From assembly GCF_001194135.2 (NCBI RefSeq), contig NC_068981.1, positions 106,511,407-106,552,396 of the forward strand: a stretch of 40,990 nucleotides of DNA, in the 5' to 3' direction. Position numbers and translations under genes: made by a program. This DNA is from Octopus bimaculoides (taxonomy: Eukaryota). Of the stretch, positions 24,606-38,130 are shown piece after piece. The notes under the pieces were generated by a model. That model ran no database searches. It was given only the letters and a program-made list of their open reading frames with translations, and had not been told where the DNA came from. Position 1 is the stretch's first letter. Every line of letters starts with the position of its first letter.

Positions 24606-26364
24606 GTTTAATGTACGTTTTCCATGTTGGCATGGGTTGGACGATTCGACTGGGGTCTGGGAAGNNNNNNNNNNGCATGGGTTGGACGATTCGACTGGGG
24701 TCTGGGAAGCCAGGAGGCTGCACCAGTGCCCAATCTGATCTGGCAGTGTTTCTACAGCTGGATGCCCTTCCTAACGCCAATCACTCTGAGAGTGTAGTGG
24801 GTGCTTTTATGTGCCACCGGCACAAGTGGCCAGAGGAGCTGGCATCAACCATGATCGGATAGTGCTTTTTACATGCAACCGGCATGGAAGCCAGTCAAGG
24901 TGACACTGGCATCGACCACGTTCAGATGGTGCTTTTTACGTGTTACGTGCACAGGGCTCACAACTACAATTTCCATTTGATTTGATTTTGATATTGCTGA
25001 TGTTGATGTACTTGACTTGGCATCGGCCACATTCGGATGGTGCTTTTTATGTGCCACTGGCACAGAAGCCAGTCAAGGCAACACCGGCATTGGAAACATT
25101 CAGATGATGCTTTTTACATGCTACCGGCACGGGGTTCACAACTACAATTTCCATTGATTTAATTTGGATATTGCTGATGTTGTTGTACTTGACTCAATAG
25201 GTCTCCTCAAGCATGGCATGTCACCCTATGATCCAAGATACTTTTGAGTGGGCTGGTTATGCAACACTGGTGTAGGTTATAGCTGTGGACTCTATTTGCT
25301 GGGTCTTCTCAGTCACGGCATATCTCCAGAGGTCTCCGTCTTTTGTCATTGCCTCTATAAGGCCCAATGTTTGAAGGTCATGCTTCACCACCTCATCCCA
25401 TGTCTTCCTGGGTCTCCCTCTACCCCAGATTCCTTCCACTGTTTGGGAGTGGCACTTCTTCACACAGCTCTCCTCGTCCATCTGCAGTACATGACCATAC
25501 CAATGGAAAAATTCTCTCTTGCATGCCACATCCGATGCTTCTTATGTCTAACATTTCTCTCAGGGCGCTTACACTCTGTCGTGTATGCACACTGATATAA
25601 CACATCCAGCGAATCATGCTAGCTTCATTTCTTTCAAGCCGACGCATGTCTCCAGCAGTCATGGCCCATGTTTAACTGCTGTGAAGCATGGCAGCTTGCA
25701 CACATGCATCATACAGTCTACCTCTCACTCTGAGCAAGAGGCACCAGTAGAGTAGGAGCTTTCTGAACTTTGCCCAGGCTATTCTTATTCTAGTGGTAAC
25801 ACTCTCTGAGCATCTACCCCCATTACTAACTTGGTCACCTAGGTAGCAGAAGCTATTAACTACTTCTAGTTTCTCCCCCTGGAGTGTGATGGAGTCTGTT
25901 TTCTGAGCATCTGTGGTGCTTTTTGCCCCTGTGCATCTGCTGCATGTGAAAGCTATCTTCCCGGTTAATCTTCCTTTGATGTTGCTGCACCTCTTATGTG
26001 CCCATAACTTACACTGGGTGCATCTTATGGAATTTCTACCTACCCCTTTTCTACAGATCGAGCAGAGGTGTGTGATGTGTTCGCCTTCCTACTTACTAGA
26101 ACTTTGGTCTTTGCTACATAGACTCTAAGGTCCTTCGATTCTAAACCTTGCTTCCAAACCTGAAATTTCTTCTCTAGTTCTGGTAGTGATTCTGCTATGA
26201 GGGCCAGCTCGTCAGCATAGAGGAGTTCCCAAGGACAACCTATCTTGAATTTCTCTGTTATTGCCTGGAGGACTATGATGAATAAGAGGGGGCTGAGGGA
26301 TGATCCTTGGTGAACACTCTACTTCTACCCGGAATTCTTCACTATACTCATTTCCTTCTGACAG

Positions 26365-26366
<2 letters not shown>
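24526..26366 (-). mobile_element. 5'-truncated RTE-clade LINE (RT C-terminal half, 3'UTR, (GAT)n tail)
   Basis: VHQGSSLSPLLFIIVLQ, ELLYADELAL, RNEASMIRWMC, HWYGHVLQM, GRGRPRKTWDEVV. Tail is (CAT)n on the plus strand at about 24526-24605; the 5' end abuts (CA)n. Confidence 0.93.
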
Positions 26367-26414
<48 letters not shown>

Positions 26415-26775
26415 ATATTAACTAGAAATTCATTGTTATTTCCTTTTCTTATAAATCTGATTGATAATATTGCAGGTGTTATTAGACATATTTATTTCAA
26501 GACTATTTTCATATAATTCATTTTATGTTTGTAATTATAATATTTATTGTTAGTAACATAGAATAGACAGTTGTTTTCTCTTGAGTAAGTATCTTGGTTT
26601 CAGTTTCAAGTTAAGCTGCTAATGCATCTGGATAATGTATGAACATTAGAAAATCTTGTTTGGTTTGTGCCTTTATAATAAATCGGTTGTAATATATCTG
26701 AGCTTATAAGCACTAATTTCTTCATTAACAAGAAAGTAAGCAATATAATCTGTAAGACTGATAGTAGAATGACCA

Positions 26776-26980
26776 CAAGGGGGTGCTAAAAAGTTCCCGG
26801 CTTTGGGTAAAAGAAAATACAGAAGGATCAGTTAATTATGATTTTATTCAATATATTCCTCTTCGCAGATTCACATACTTATTGCAGCAATCCTTCAGTT
26901 TTTATAAGCACTGAAGGTTAGGCCTCCAACCGAACCATTAGCAAAATGCTTAAAGCCAGGAACTTTTCAGTACCCCCTCA
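26776..26980. mobile_element. Mariner-type MITE (205 bp)
   Basis: caagggggtgctaaaaagttcccggcttt ... aaagccaggaacttttcagtaccccctca are inverted repeats. TA follows at 26981-26982; the left TA is degraded to CA. Confidence 0.85.
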
Positions 26981-27112
26981 TAAGTTATGAGTAATATGAG
27001 ATTAGCTTGACATGATGCTCTTTAGATTTTGGTGCTGAGCTCAAATCTTATTAAGGTTAATTTGAGTTAGCAAAGAAGGGAAAAATAAACAGAATAAAAT
27101 TATATCTAATAT

Positions 27113-27400
27113 ATCATCATCATCATCATTGTCATTATCATCATCATTTATTGCCCATTTTTCATGTTGGCATGGGTTGGATGGTTTGACAGGAGCTGGT
27201 CAGCTGAAGAGCTACCTGGACTCCATGTCTGTTTTGGGATGGTTTCAATAACTGGATGCCCTTCCTAACACCAACCACTTTACAGAGTGTACTGGGTGCT
27301 TTTACACAGCACTGGTACAGGTGCTTTTACATGGCACCAGCACCCATGAACCCAAAAGATTAGAATTGCTGAGCTGAAGAGGGATGCAAGAGACATGCTT
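27113..27400 (-). mobile_element. Short RTE 3'-end copy followed by (ATGT)n
   Basis: (ATC)n, then ttttcatgttggcatgggttgg...ctggatgcccttcctaacaccaaccac as in the other copies. Confidence 0.8.
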
Positions 27401-27736
27401 ATGTATGTATGTATGTATGTATGTATGTATGTATGTATGTATGTATGTATGTATGTATGCATGTATGCATGTATGTATGTATGTATGTATGTATACACAT
27501 AAAGACATATATATAAACTAATAATATAGAAATATTCTTAGACATATAGTGCATACTTTCACAAGATACACATAAACATCCGCACAGACACACTCAAGTA
27601 TTCATTAGGTAAATATAGACATATTTACTAAACACACATATGCATGTTCATGCTATGCACGCATATCCATTAGATACACATACACGTATTCATGAAAAAT
27701 ACAAATATATCTTTCACCAAACTCACTGATACAATA

Positions 27737-27777
<41 letters not shown>

Positions 27778-28249
27778 GCATGCACGCATACATGCACTAA
27801 ACATCCATATGAATTAAACATACACAACAAACATTTACACTCACTAGGCCCAGTCAGTCATACTCTGAGTAAACAACATTTCTATCAACAATTTCTAATA
27901 AGCATTGCTTTGTTTGATATTTGAAACCATCTCTAAGCCATATTAGAGTTAGTAAATTGTACACAAAATGTTTATTTGCTAACACTAATGCTCTAGGTCT
28001 ATTACTTTCATCATCTTGAGGCAACATAAAACAGTAAAATTAAAATGAAAAAATAAAATAGCTCAATATAACAATAACCGAGGTCTTTATGGTCCAAGAG
28101 TCCCACATTCTATTTCAGTATAACTAAGAAGATGGGACTCAGAATTTCTATTTAGGTAGTTAAGTAGATAAATTTGACCAAACCACCTTTTTTTATCTGG
28201 CATATTATACTGAAGATTATGTTATCCAAATTGTTCATTTATTTTGAAT

Positions 28250-29250
28250 ACAAGAAAATAAAATTTGAAGGATTTCTGGCTGCTATTTCAAGCAGTTTCA
28301 GTAACTACATACAGGCTTCTTCGTTGCTTTAAATCGTGATATATTGAAATGCTTCCAAAGAAATGAAAACTTATGGCCCATAATGCAATAATTTGATCCA
28401 TAATCCATTTGGTAATTTCCTCTTTGCAACAGTACCTAAATGAAACCTTCAAACTCCATTTGGTTTTAATAGTACCCTTGGGAGTGCTTGACTCTATGTA
28501 ATGTTTTAAGAGTAAGTTAGCCTGGCAAAATACTTGCACATCTTTCTGTTTCATTCTCCAAGATACCTGTATTCACAAGAGGATTTTTGTCTCAACACTA
28601 CTGTAAACTGACAAAATATTTGTCAAGTATATTGTATGACTGCTATTTATAGAGCAATAGTAGAACCAGCAGAAAAATTCTCAGTTCATAATTTGATTTT
28701 TCTTGAAAAGATCTCCAAGTGTAAATTGTAAAAGAGAGTAATGTTCAAAATGTTATCTCTTTTCCTGTTATTGTCCAGTTTTGAAAAGTAGCATTCTAAT
28801 TCTGTCACTGATTGACCAACTCCAATAAAGTAAAGCTTGCATGCTTGTTATCTATTCAAATTGGTGTCATTGTCTAAAAGTATTCTACAGTCTACCATGT
28901 CACACATATGACATAGTAAAAAATATTACAATAGGAAGTCAAATTTGAGACAGGATACACGGTTTCAGGATTCAGGTCATCAATAAACATCACTTCGGTT
29001 TTTAATTCATTGAGTTTGAGTGCTACTTTGCAGAAGTAGTTCTAGAACTTGTCAATAGCCTTTGACCTGACAAGGGATTGTCACTTAAAACTGACAATGC
29101 AAGATAGACGTGTTGTATTATCTGTAACAATTATAAAGAGGTAAAGTGCAAGTATGTCTCCTTGCAGTACATCTGAAGACATCTCAAAGTTATTGCTGTA
29201 GTCAGAAGTACAAACATTGGTTAATTCTAACTGAACATAACTTTGAAAAA
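28250..29250 (-). mobile_element. Ancient LINE RT remnant (RTE/RTE-X-like)
   Basis: Minus strand gives DVLQGDILALYLFIIVTD (cf. GVLQGDTLAPYLF) and AKVALKLNELKTEVMF; many stops. Confidence 0.6.
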
Positions 29251-30059
29251 AGAAGATACAGCCTACTATTTTTGTGTTGGAAATATTTTGCTAATAGGAT
29301 CTAAATGGTGGATGTAAACTGGCAAATGTTGAATACACCACAATTGTTGTCTTGAGCCACTCCCTTTATGGATTTGGAAGAGGATATCAAAGAAGAAAAT
29401 GATCTACCTGTGGTATCCATCCACAGTTAGATAGATGAAGCCATTGAGAATAAAGTGTTTCATCCAGAAAGACATTGCTGTGCAGAAGATGGGATAAAAA
29501 CCATTGGCCATTCAACTCATAGACTGACATCCAAACAACTAATAACCAGTGGCATTTCCATTTAAAATGAAAACTTTGTATAATGAAGTTCATGAGTTTG
29601 AATAAATTTGCATGGTGCAGAGAGAAGAGGAACCTGGTATTTTAAGACTGACACTTCATCTGAGAGAGGAAAAATTCTTTCTATTGAGAGCTTCAGATAG
29701 TTCTAAGAATATAGAAGTACAGGGTAATATAAGGGAACTTTAAGATAAATATTCAGCCTTGGCAAGGATCATAATTTAATTTTGGCAAGTATTATTGCTT
29801 AATGGACAAGCTGTTTAGCCTGTGACTAACAAGAATACTTTAATTACATTCTTCATACAGAGCTCAGTGTTTGAAAAGGCTTCAAATTCCAAAGTAATCA
29901 AGTTACAGCCAATATGCTACTGTTATGGAGTCTTGGCATGTTTAAATTTTAAGAATTTAGAGAAAGACAATAACAAACTACTTTTGTATTTTGATTTAAA
30001 ATTCTTCAGCAGACAACCAACATCTAATCTATAACAATATCTATATATCTATCACTTTG

Positions 30060-30093
<34 letters not shown>

Positions 30094-30745
30094 NNNNNNN
30101 NNNNNNNNNNNNNNNNNNNNNNNNNNNNNNNNNNNNNNNNNNNNNNNNNNNNNNNNNNNNNNNNNNNNNNNNNNNNNNNNNNNNNNNNNNNNNNNNNNNN
30201 NNNNNNNNNNNNNNNNNNNNNNNNNNNNNNNNNNNNNNNNNNNNNNNNNNAATTCTTTTTTCAAATAGTGGTGCTCAAGTCTCACATGAAAGTACAAATA
30301 ATAGTATGTAAATATGTAAATATTGGTTGTATGTATTTATATGTATATATGTATGTACATGTATGTATAAATGTATTTATATATACATATATGCAGATAC
30401 ATACTTATACATATATGCACACTTACTTAGATACATACATATATTCACACATGTACACATGCACTCATATAGCTCTAAGCATAAAGATTTAACAAATGGA
30501 AAATGACCTAATTTCAAACAGAAATCTGCACATTAAAAGTATGCAGGCTATTAATATTTTCTTTCCTCTCTTACTCAAGTCATTGAATATCATGATGGAA
30601 GAAATATAGAAGAATCTCAAATAGAAGAAAGTCACATCTTAGGCTAAAATAGCTGAATGTATTTTTGTTAGAGCAGGAACAGTGAGTTAAAAGGAAAATG
30701 GTTTAAATAAATCTCACATTATAATGTGTATGTGAAATTACTTAC

Positions 30746-30805
30746 CTTTGGCAACCATATGAAATGCTCTAGGTGAGTGAGTGCAAACATATTTAATATA
30801 GTAAG
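30746..30805 (-). CDS. Candidate 60-nt exon on the minus strand
   Basis: Acceptor gttgttaattttcag and donor AAG|gtaagt; two of three frames are open (LTILNMFALTHLEHFIWLPK or YYIKYVCTHSPRAFHMVAK). No homology recognised. Confidence 0.22.
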
Positions 30806-31110
30806 CTGAAAATTAACAACTAATCAAAACCATCTTCGCAGTGAGGAGAAAGAAACAATTCCAGTGCTTAATGTTAATCAAATCTGACCAAAGCAGAGGG
30901 TCAACAATTCTGAAATTTTACTTAATTAAAATTTGAATTAATCATGCACTGAGGAAATAAAAGCATTCAAAATAGAATTAGTAATAACTTAATTTTCTAT
31001 TTATATTTATGGTAATAACTAGCCATGTTTCAGTATTATTAGATCTCATCAGATGAGTGTAACATTTTCCAGCATTGGTCTCATCAAGTGATAAACAATC
31101 ACTATATATA

Positions 31111-33004
31111 TGTGGGGCAGGGGACCTTTCTAAAAGTATAGGGTCAGTGATGTCACGAGAATGGTCATGGGGGCCTTACTGGAAAGACAGGTGCGAGGGA
31201 GGTCATGTGAGCAGAAGGATGACTAGCATTAGCCTCTTTTGCTTTAGGGATTGCTACTCTGGACAGATGTGGTAGCCACATGAGTTCAAGGAATTTGCTG
31301 CTAGGTTCTAGCCAGCGGTTAGGCTGGTAGGGCACTCACAGATATATACCAGCTGGAAAGAACTGACATTAAGAAAGGATCTGAAAGATAGGTGAGCTAT
31401 GTTTTTCCCCATACTTCAAGCTATTTTGGCCTTTGTGCATTTCTCCCTCCATTTTTGGACAATACATCAACAAAAATAAGGATCAGTAGAGATGCCATCA
31501 AACCCTTCTGTGGCAAAGGAGATGTTATCACCTGGGCCTGGAAGATCAAGGTGGTGGCCAGGCTGCAAAGCATTGAAGATGTCATAGGTCTCATTGTTCT
31601 GTATTTGGAGGGAAACACATTTGCATCATACCTCAAAATGGATGAACATGGTGAGGGACTGCAGGGAACTGAAGCCCAAAAGGGCAGCAAAAAAAATAAT
31701 AACGCACCTCCTAACTATTCTGAGAGAGCTAGCTACTGAATTCGAACTGAAGTTGAGCTTGGACTTTGTGCCCTTGGAAAGAAATAAGGTAGAGATTCTA
31801 ACCAGGGTGAAGAAAACCTGATTGGAAGTGCCTGATGATTCAGAGTGGAGGATAGCTGCAGTGTATCAGCTGAGTGACTTGGAGCTAAGGAGATTGCATG
31901 CCATGCATTATATGGGGGTAGGTAGTACTCTGTAACTAGCCAGGTAAATTAACTCCAACATTATCAGAGCATTCAGAAAGTGGTTGGGGGTGTAACAGGT
32001 GTCAATCCATCAACCCTGCTCTGATTGGTTGGTGGGGGGTAACACCCTCATGGAACACAACTGGAAACAAATGGCAGTGGTTGTATCTCTCAATGGTCAA
32101 CTGTCAATATAGAGGGAAATCGAAACAGGGACTTCAGGTGAAGTTGCACAAATCTTGAAGAAGATATACCTGGCGTGGGGCCCTGTGGATGAATTGCTGA
32201 TTGACAACAGCATTTTGCTTGAAGGTGCTGAAGGAAATGCTTGATAAGTGGAACATGAACTGCTTCTTCAGAATGGTGTATAGGCCAAGTGAAAATGGGA
32301 TCATGGAGAGACACCGTCGCACAATCAAGGCCAAGACGGAATGGAGGCATATCTCACCAATTGAGGTAGTAATTTGTATAATATGTATCCCCAGTTGGTA
32401 TCACATAGAGTAATATTCAAATATGACTGGTGATATCCATGTATGGTATCACAATGACCTGCAAAAGAAAGAGAGCTTACCCTCATCCAAGTAGGGGATG
32501 AAGTCTGGGTCAACTTCCCAATGGCATGCTGCACCTCTCAATGAGGAAAAGGAATAATAACGGCTGCCATGGATGTCTGCAGGATCACTAAGTTGTCAGA
32601 AGACATCTCTATGGAGGTCACAGTGGGAGAGACATCTTCCCAGATAGATAGTGGATTTTGACTTCAAGTGAGATGATAGGGTAGACTTTGAAATCAGGAA
32701 GGCATGTGGGCCTTACTGGAAGCATAGGGTCAGCGATATCATGCAAACAGACTAGAGGCCTTGCTGGAAGGACAGGAGCAAGGGAGGTCATGTGAGCTGG
32801 AGGGCGACTAGCATGGGCCTCTTTTTGCTTTGAAGCTGCCACTTGGGATGAATGTGGTGGTTGTGTGAGTTCAGAGAATTTGCTGCTAGCTTCTGGCCAG
32901 AGGTTAGGCAGGTAGGGTACTCATGGATATGTTCAATCTGGAAAAGATTGACATTACATGAGGATTTGTGAAGTAGATAAACTACATTTTTTCCCCATAC
33001 CACA
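31111..33004 (+). mobile_element. Internally deleted Gypsy-type LTR retrotransposon with both LTRs (31111-31418 and 32705-33004)
   Basis: Both LTRs start TGTGGG and end ccccatac..CA and align along their length. A purine-rich tract precedes LTR2, and ATATA flanks both ends. Internal remnants: gag (IKPFCGKGDV..LYLEG), RNase H (ELATEFEL..NKVEILTRV), integrase (LIDN, YRPSENGIMERHRRTIK, QVGDEVWV). Confidence 0.85.
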
Positions 33005-33087
33005 ATATATATTAACTAGGTATCCACACAAGTTAGTGTGACAAAGAAAGGCTAACCATATGAAACAATTTTTGATTGAGCTTTTAT

Positions 33088-33306
33088 TCTTCAACATTCA
33101 GATTACTCTATTAAATGTAATGCTTATTTATTCACATTGTTTTGAACTAATATGTATTATCTCATAACTTCGAGATTTTTGATGATGTGATTATTTATAT
33201 TTAGTATGATATTGTAGGATAGGTATGAGAGGTTAGATCTGACTGGTTTGAACATAAAACAGGTGGAATATTCAGGCTGGATATGGCCAATTTAAATGCT
33301 AAAGGA
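33088..33306. mobile_element. piggyBac-type MITE with degraded left end
   Basis: Right end aaatgctaaagga|ttaa; the body is homologous to 36839-37057. Confidence 0.7.
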
Positions 33307-35874
33307 TTAATATGGAATTCAAACATTTTAATTTCAAAGTTATCACCCATTTTTTCCTAGACCAATATTAACATAAGTCTTTAAGCCTATTTTATTCCCT
33401 CCCCTCACTGTAAAGGTAATTTTCATTGGTTGAAATATATTTGCTTATACATTAAATATGTTACAACACGTTCAACATATAAAGCAGAATATTTACAATC
33501 CCTTTATTCAATATCTTTTTTATACATCCTTTGAGTTGCAATATATATTTCAATAATTTTGTACAATGTTGATATAGAATTAATAAAAATCCTCTTTAAC
33601 AATAGGTATGGTTAAAAGAGGCAACATATATTACAGAAATTACAAGCAGATTTTTGTTAATTTAAAATTAGTTAGGAAGTTTGCATTATATTATGAAATA
33701 TATATAACATTTACTAAAGCATGTTAACATTTTAATAAGTTAATGAGTTACAAAGATCAACAGAAACTTTTATTAGTTTCAGTGTATAATATATAAAAAC
33801 CTTGCTAGAAGTAATAAATATATTTTAAACTTATACATACAGTTTCATAAATTGAGCTAATTGATTCCTTTGTTATGTAATAAATTATGTCCACTGGTGA
33901 GTAGTTATGAACCATCTCTGTCAACAAATGCAATAGCCACTGTGGACTTGAAATAAGTCAACTAGCTTTAAACCATTAGATTTGATGCTGGCTGAATGAT
34001 TTCCTGAAAGTTCTTGCATAAAAAACTCAATTTTTATCTCCAATAACATGAAAAATGTTTTAAACATTTCAGTATGTTTACAAATAAACTTACTAAACTA
34101 ATATGTATAAATGTATATATTTAAACTATTAATATAGACATAAACATAATAAACTAATTGATTTTCTTCCTATTTTAATTCTCACCCAAGAAACTTATAT
34201 TTTCCAAGAATATTCTGATATGTAAATACAAGCACATGTCTTCCTATGAGAAGCACCAAAACAGGAAGCAAGAACTAGTCCAAAATAATATAAAAATGAA
34301 GCCCTGGCCATTTAGATTGTTACATTATGCAATGATTATTTACCCAGATCAAACATACCGTAGATGCTGTAGCTTGTGAATTGTTATTTAGATCTGTTGC
34401 AGATTACACATGTAATATTGCTACATTTCAAATTTGGTATGAATACATTAGGGTCTTTAGAGTTTATGTACAAACAGAATATGCCAAAGATATGAAGATC
34501 TAACTATGTAAACACCTACCACATAATTATTGAATGCTGTATAAGCATAGTGCTGAGCTCAAATTCAGCCAAACCTTTAACTTAGGAAAAGAAATGAATG
34601 AAAAATAAGGCTACTTTGCTAACTGGCTCTAGATTCAAGAGATGAAGATAAGGTCTTTTGACAAGCTCTGATAATAGATCATAGGATTATATAACCGAAT
34701 AGTATTAAATGAAGCATATTTCTCTCCTGGTCACTAATCTGATCCATTTCAAGGAAATCTGAACAAATATGCTTGTCTTTGTAATACAAAGATACCAGAT
34801 ATCTTCAGAGGCATTTTCTTGCATTTGGTATCCAAAGAAAAACTTGAGTTGTTTTTTCTTTATATGAAATCCCCATTGTACACAAAGCAAAACTTGTAGC
34901 AAGTTAAGAAGATATGACATATTACAGCAGTGGAGTAGTGATCACATATTTATCACACACACACAAGTAAGCACATAGATGCAAAACAAGGTGGAAAAAA
35001 TAGTACTCAAATACTAAAGGTAGAGTAATATGCTTTTATTAAAGCCACACACATACACATACATGCATGTGTGCACACATGTATACACAACACTCAAAAC
35101 TACAAAACAGGACAGCAAAGAAAAAGCAAAGACAGGAATGAATCCAGAAATAAGGAAATAATGAAACCTAGTATCATTCATAATAGCAACTGTATTAGTA
35201 TTCATGATACAAAAATAGCAAAATGATGAAACTAAGAAAACTTGACTTTTTCTTTGATCTAACAGAAGTTTTTCCTGCAACCAGAAAAAATGTGTCAATG
35301 AGCCTAAGTATAGTTGGTCTGAACAAATATCACTATTTTTTATGGGTGGCTAGATTTGGCTGGTTTGAACGTTAAAGGGTTAAATAAAGTTGTTTATTTT
35401 TGTTATAGAGAAGACTACTAGTTATAAATTGCTTTGCTGTTCTTTTTTCCTTTATATTTTGTTTTGTTTTGTTTTGCTTTCCAGGTGGAGGACTTTTGTA
35501 GTTACATAAGAAGTCAGTGTCTATGTGAAGTGAATGTTTTTCTTCTAAGTCTGGCATGGTCTGCTTCCTTTATTTCATTTTATTTGATTTGCTTTCATGA
35601 CCATTAGTTGCTTCATAGATACAAATATAAATACATCTCATCAAAAGAAGACAAAAAAAAAAATGAAAATGGAAGAGAAAAAACTGTATAGTTTTTCTCT
35701 TTATGGTTTATTTTTATTAGGAAAGGAAAGACAAACTATTCCTGTAAATATATTGTTTTAACTTGTTACAAAATATTTGTAATTCACAGACATTGATAGT
35801 ATTGATTATATTTTTATATTCAGTAAAAATGATAAAAAAAACATTCTCTTAAACCTCATTGCAATATATCTCAC

Positions 35875-36175
<301 letters not shown>

Positions 36176-36838
36176 TCATTCTCTATTGCTCAACCTCCAC
36201 CCTCTCTTTCTTTCTATATTTCCAAGAACTAACAATTTCACCCAGAAAATGATGAAAAGGTAGAGATAAGGATAAGTTGTTGCTGTCAATATGTTTCATT
36301 AATGTTCCATCTATCCAATGTATTACACCAAAATAAATACAAAATTGTTGTTGCTGATGTTGTTATTTTTGTTGGTGTTGGTGGTGTTGGTTGTGAGAAC
36401 AATGGTAGTCACAGTGAGGGTGAAGATTTTAATCGGTACAACAATACTAGCAGACAGGCAGATGATAATATGCTAAGTGATGATGGCCATTATGATGGTG
36501 ATGGTTATAATAGAGATGACAACGACAATGATGATGATTTCTGTGGTGTGGCTAGTGATAATAGTTGTTGTCATTGTTATTGTTTAATCCAAGGGCAGCC
36601 CTGAGTGAACAAACTGATTGTCAAATAACTTTTAGCCTTGGTTTTATTCTGTATCAGTGTTTAAAGGGTAGGTGAAGCTCTCCAGTCATGTAAGGTAATT
36701 CACTGAGGAAAAGACCACTCCAAAGTAAAACCTACAGTTTGCTGATCACTGTGGCCATCTTAGCCCACTAAACCACTGTAGTCAGACCTCCAAATCTAAT
36801 GATTGGGATTGAATTGTATGGACTGACTCACACCTGAA

Positions 36839-37057
36839 CCCTTTAGCATTTAGATCACTTTGTCTAATGTAATGCTTATTTATTTACATTGTTTGGAATT
36901 AATCATGTATCATCTTGTAGCTTTAAGACTTTGATGATATGACTGTATTATTTTTTGACTAACATTGTAGGGCATTTGTGAAAGGCTGGATCTGGCAGGT
37001 TTGAACATAAGACACAGAATATCTGGGCCAGATATGGCCAGTTTAAATACTAAAGGG
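36839..37057. mobile_element. piggyBac-type MITE (219 bp)
   Basis: tgaa|ccctttagcattta ... taaatactaaaggg|ttaa: CCC/GGG termini with a TTAA-like TSD. Confidence 0.8.
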
Positions 37058-38029
37058 TTAAAACTACTAAACACAGGTCAGAAGAAAAGCCCAAGAATTG
37101 ATTCGCATAGCACTTGAGGATGAGCCACTCTTCCTTGTGACACAAAGAAACTGCCATCACATACCAGTGTTTATATTGTCCATTTTATCCTCATCATTTA
37201 TAAGACAGAAAGGTATGATCTGAGAGTGATTTGGCTACTATTTCTTACAAATCAAGTGATTGCATGGAGAACCCCTTGTTGGCTTGTAATTGTAGCTGAC
37301 AAAGAAACTGCCATCACATATCAGTGTTTATATAGTCCATCTTATCCTCCCTGTTTAAAAGACTTGTAATTGTAGCAGTCTTGTTGCTGTAGAATAGATC
37401 AGTCAGCTTGTTTGTGTAATGACATAAAAGTTCTCTCCTTTTGTGAAGTTGATGATAGTAGCCATAGTTGTGCTGAAATGGAGAACTACTGGTTCAAATA
37501 GTGGAAAGAAAAAAAACAGGATTGGATGGAAGGTCAAGCAAAGACCTAACTGAATCTTCAGTAACCTTTACCTTTTTACAAATTACTTCCTGGTGAGATG
37601 TTGTGTAGATAACAGGCAAAACTATAAATGAAAATGGTCTACTTCAGTTCAAAGAATCAAGGGATCGACTTCAGACTCACAAGATTCACTTAGTCTTCTT
37701 AGAAAGCAATGAGACATATAAGATCTGAAGATACAAGCAGAAATATCATTGTAAAAGGCAGAAAAAAGAAGCTGCCTTGTACTACAGTGAAGCCATCCTG
37801 ATTTGCAAAAAACCTGCTCCATTATAATATTGATACAGAACAGAACAGGCCCTTAATCCCACAGACAGTATTGTAAGTCCAGAAGCCATGATAGACTCAG
37901 TTCACACTGATAGCTGCTAACAAAGAGCATTCGGTCAAATGTCTTCTACTTTAGTCCGAGACTAACTAATGTTTTGTGAGTGAATTTAGTGGATGGAAAC
38001 TGTATTACACACACACACATATATGATGA

Positions 38030-38130
38030 TGATGATGATGATGATATGTCATCATCATCATTTACGTTTCCATGTTGGCATGAATCCCATAGAATTTGTT
38101 GAGATAGATTTTCTACACAGTGAAATAATA
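38030..38130 (-). mobile_element. RTE 3' tail fragment
   Basis: catcatcatttacgtttccatgttggcatg...gagatagattttctacac matches the terminus of the other RTE copies. Confidence 0.6.

Noticed and set aside
24629-24710. Exact duplication around a 10-N gap in the RTE tail
   Set aside because: Same scaffolding artefact.
29368-29566. Protein-like plus frame MDLEEDIKEEND... with one internal stop
   Set aside because: No splice support or recognisable motif, and it is adjacent to an ancient LINE fossil.
36302-36604. 100-aa D/G/V-rich ORF
   Set aside because: Decayed GAT/GGT/GTT triplet repeats produce stop-free frames.
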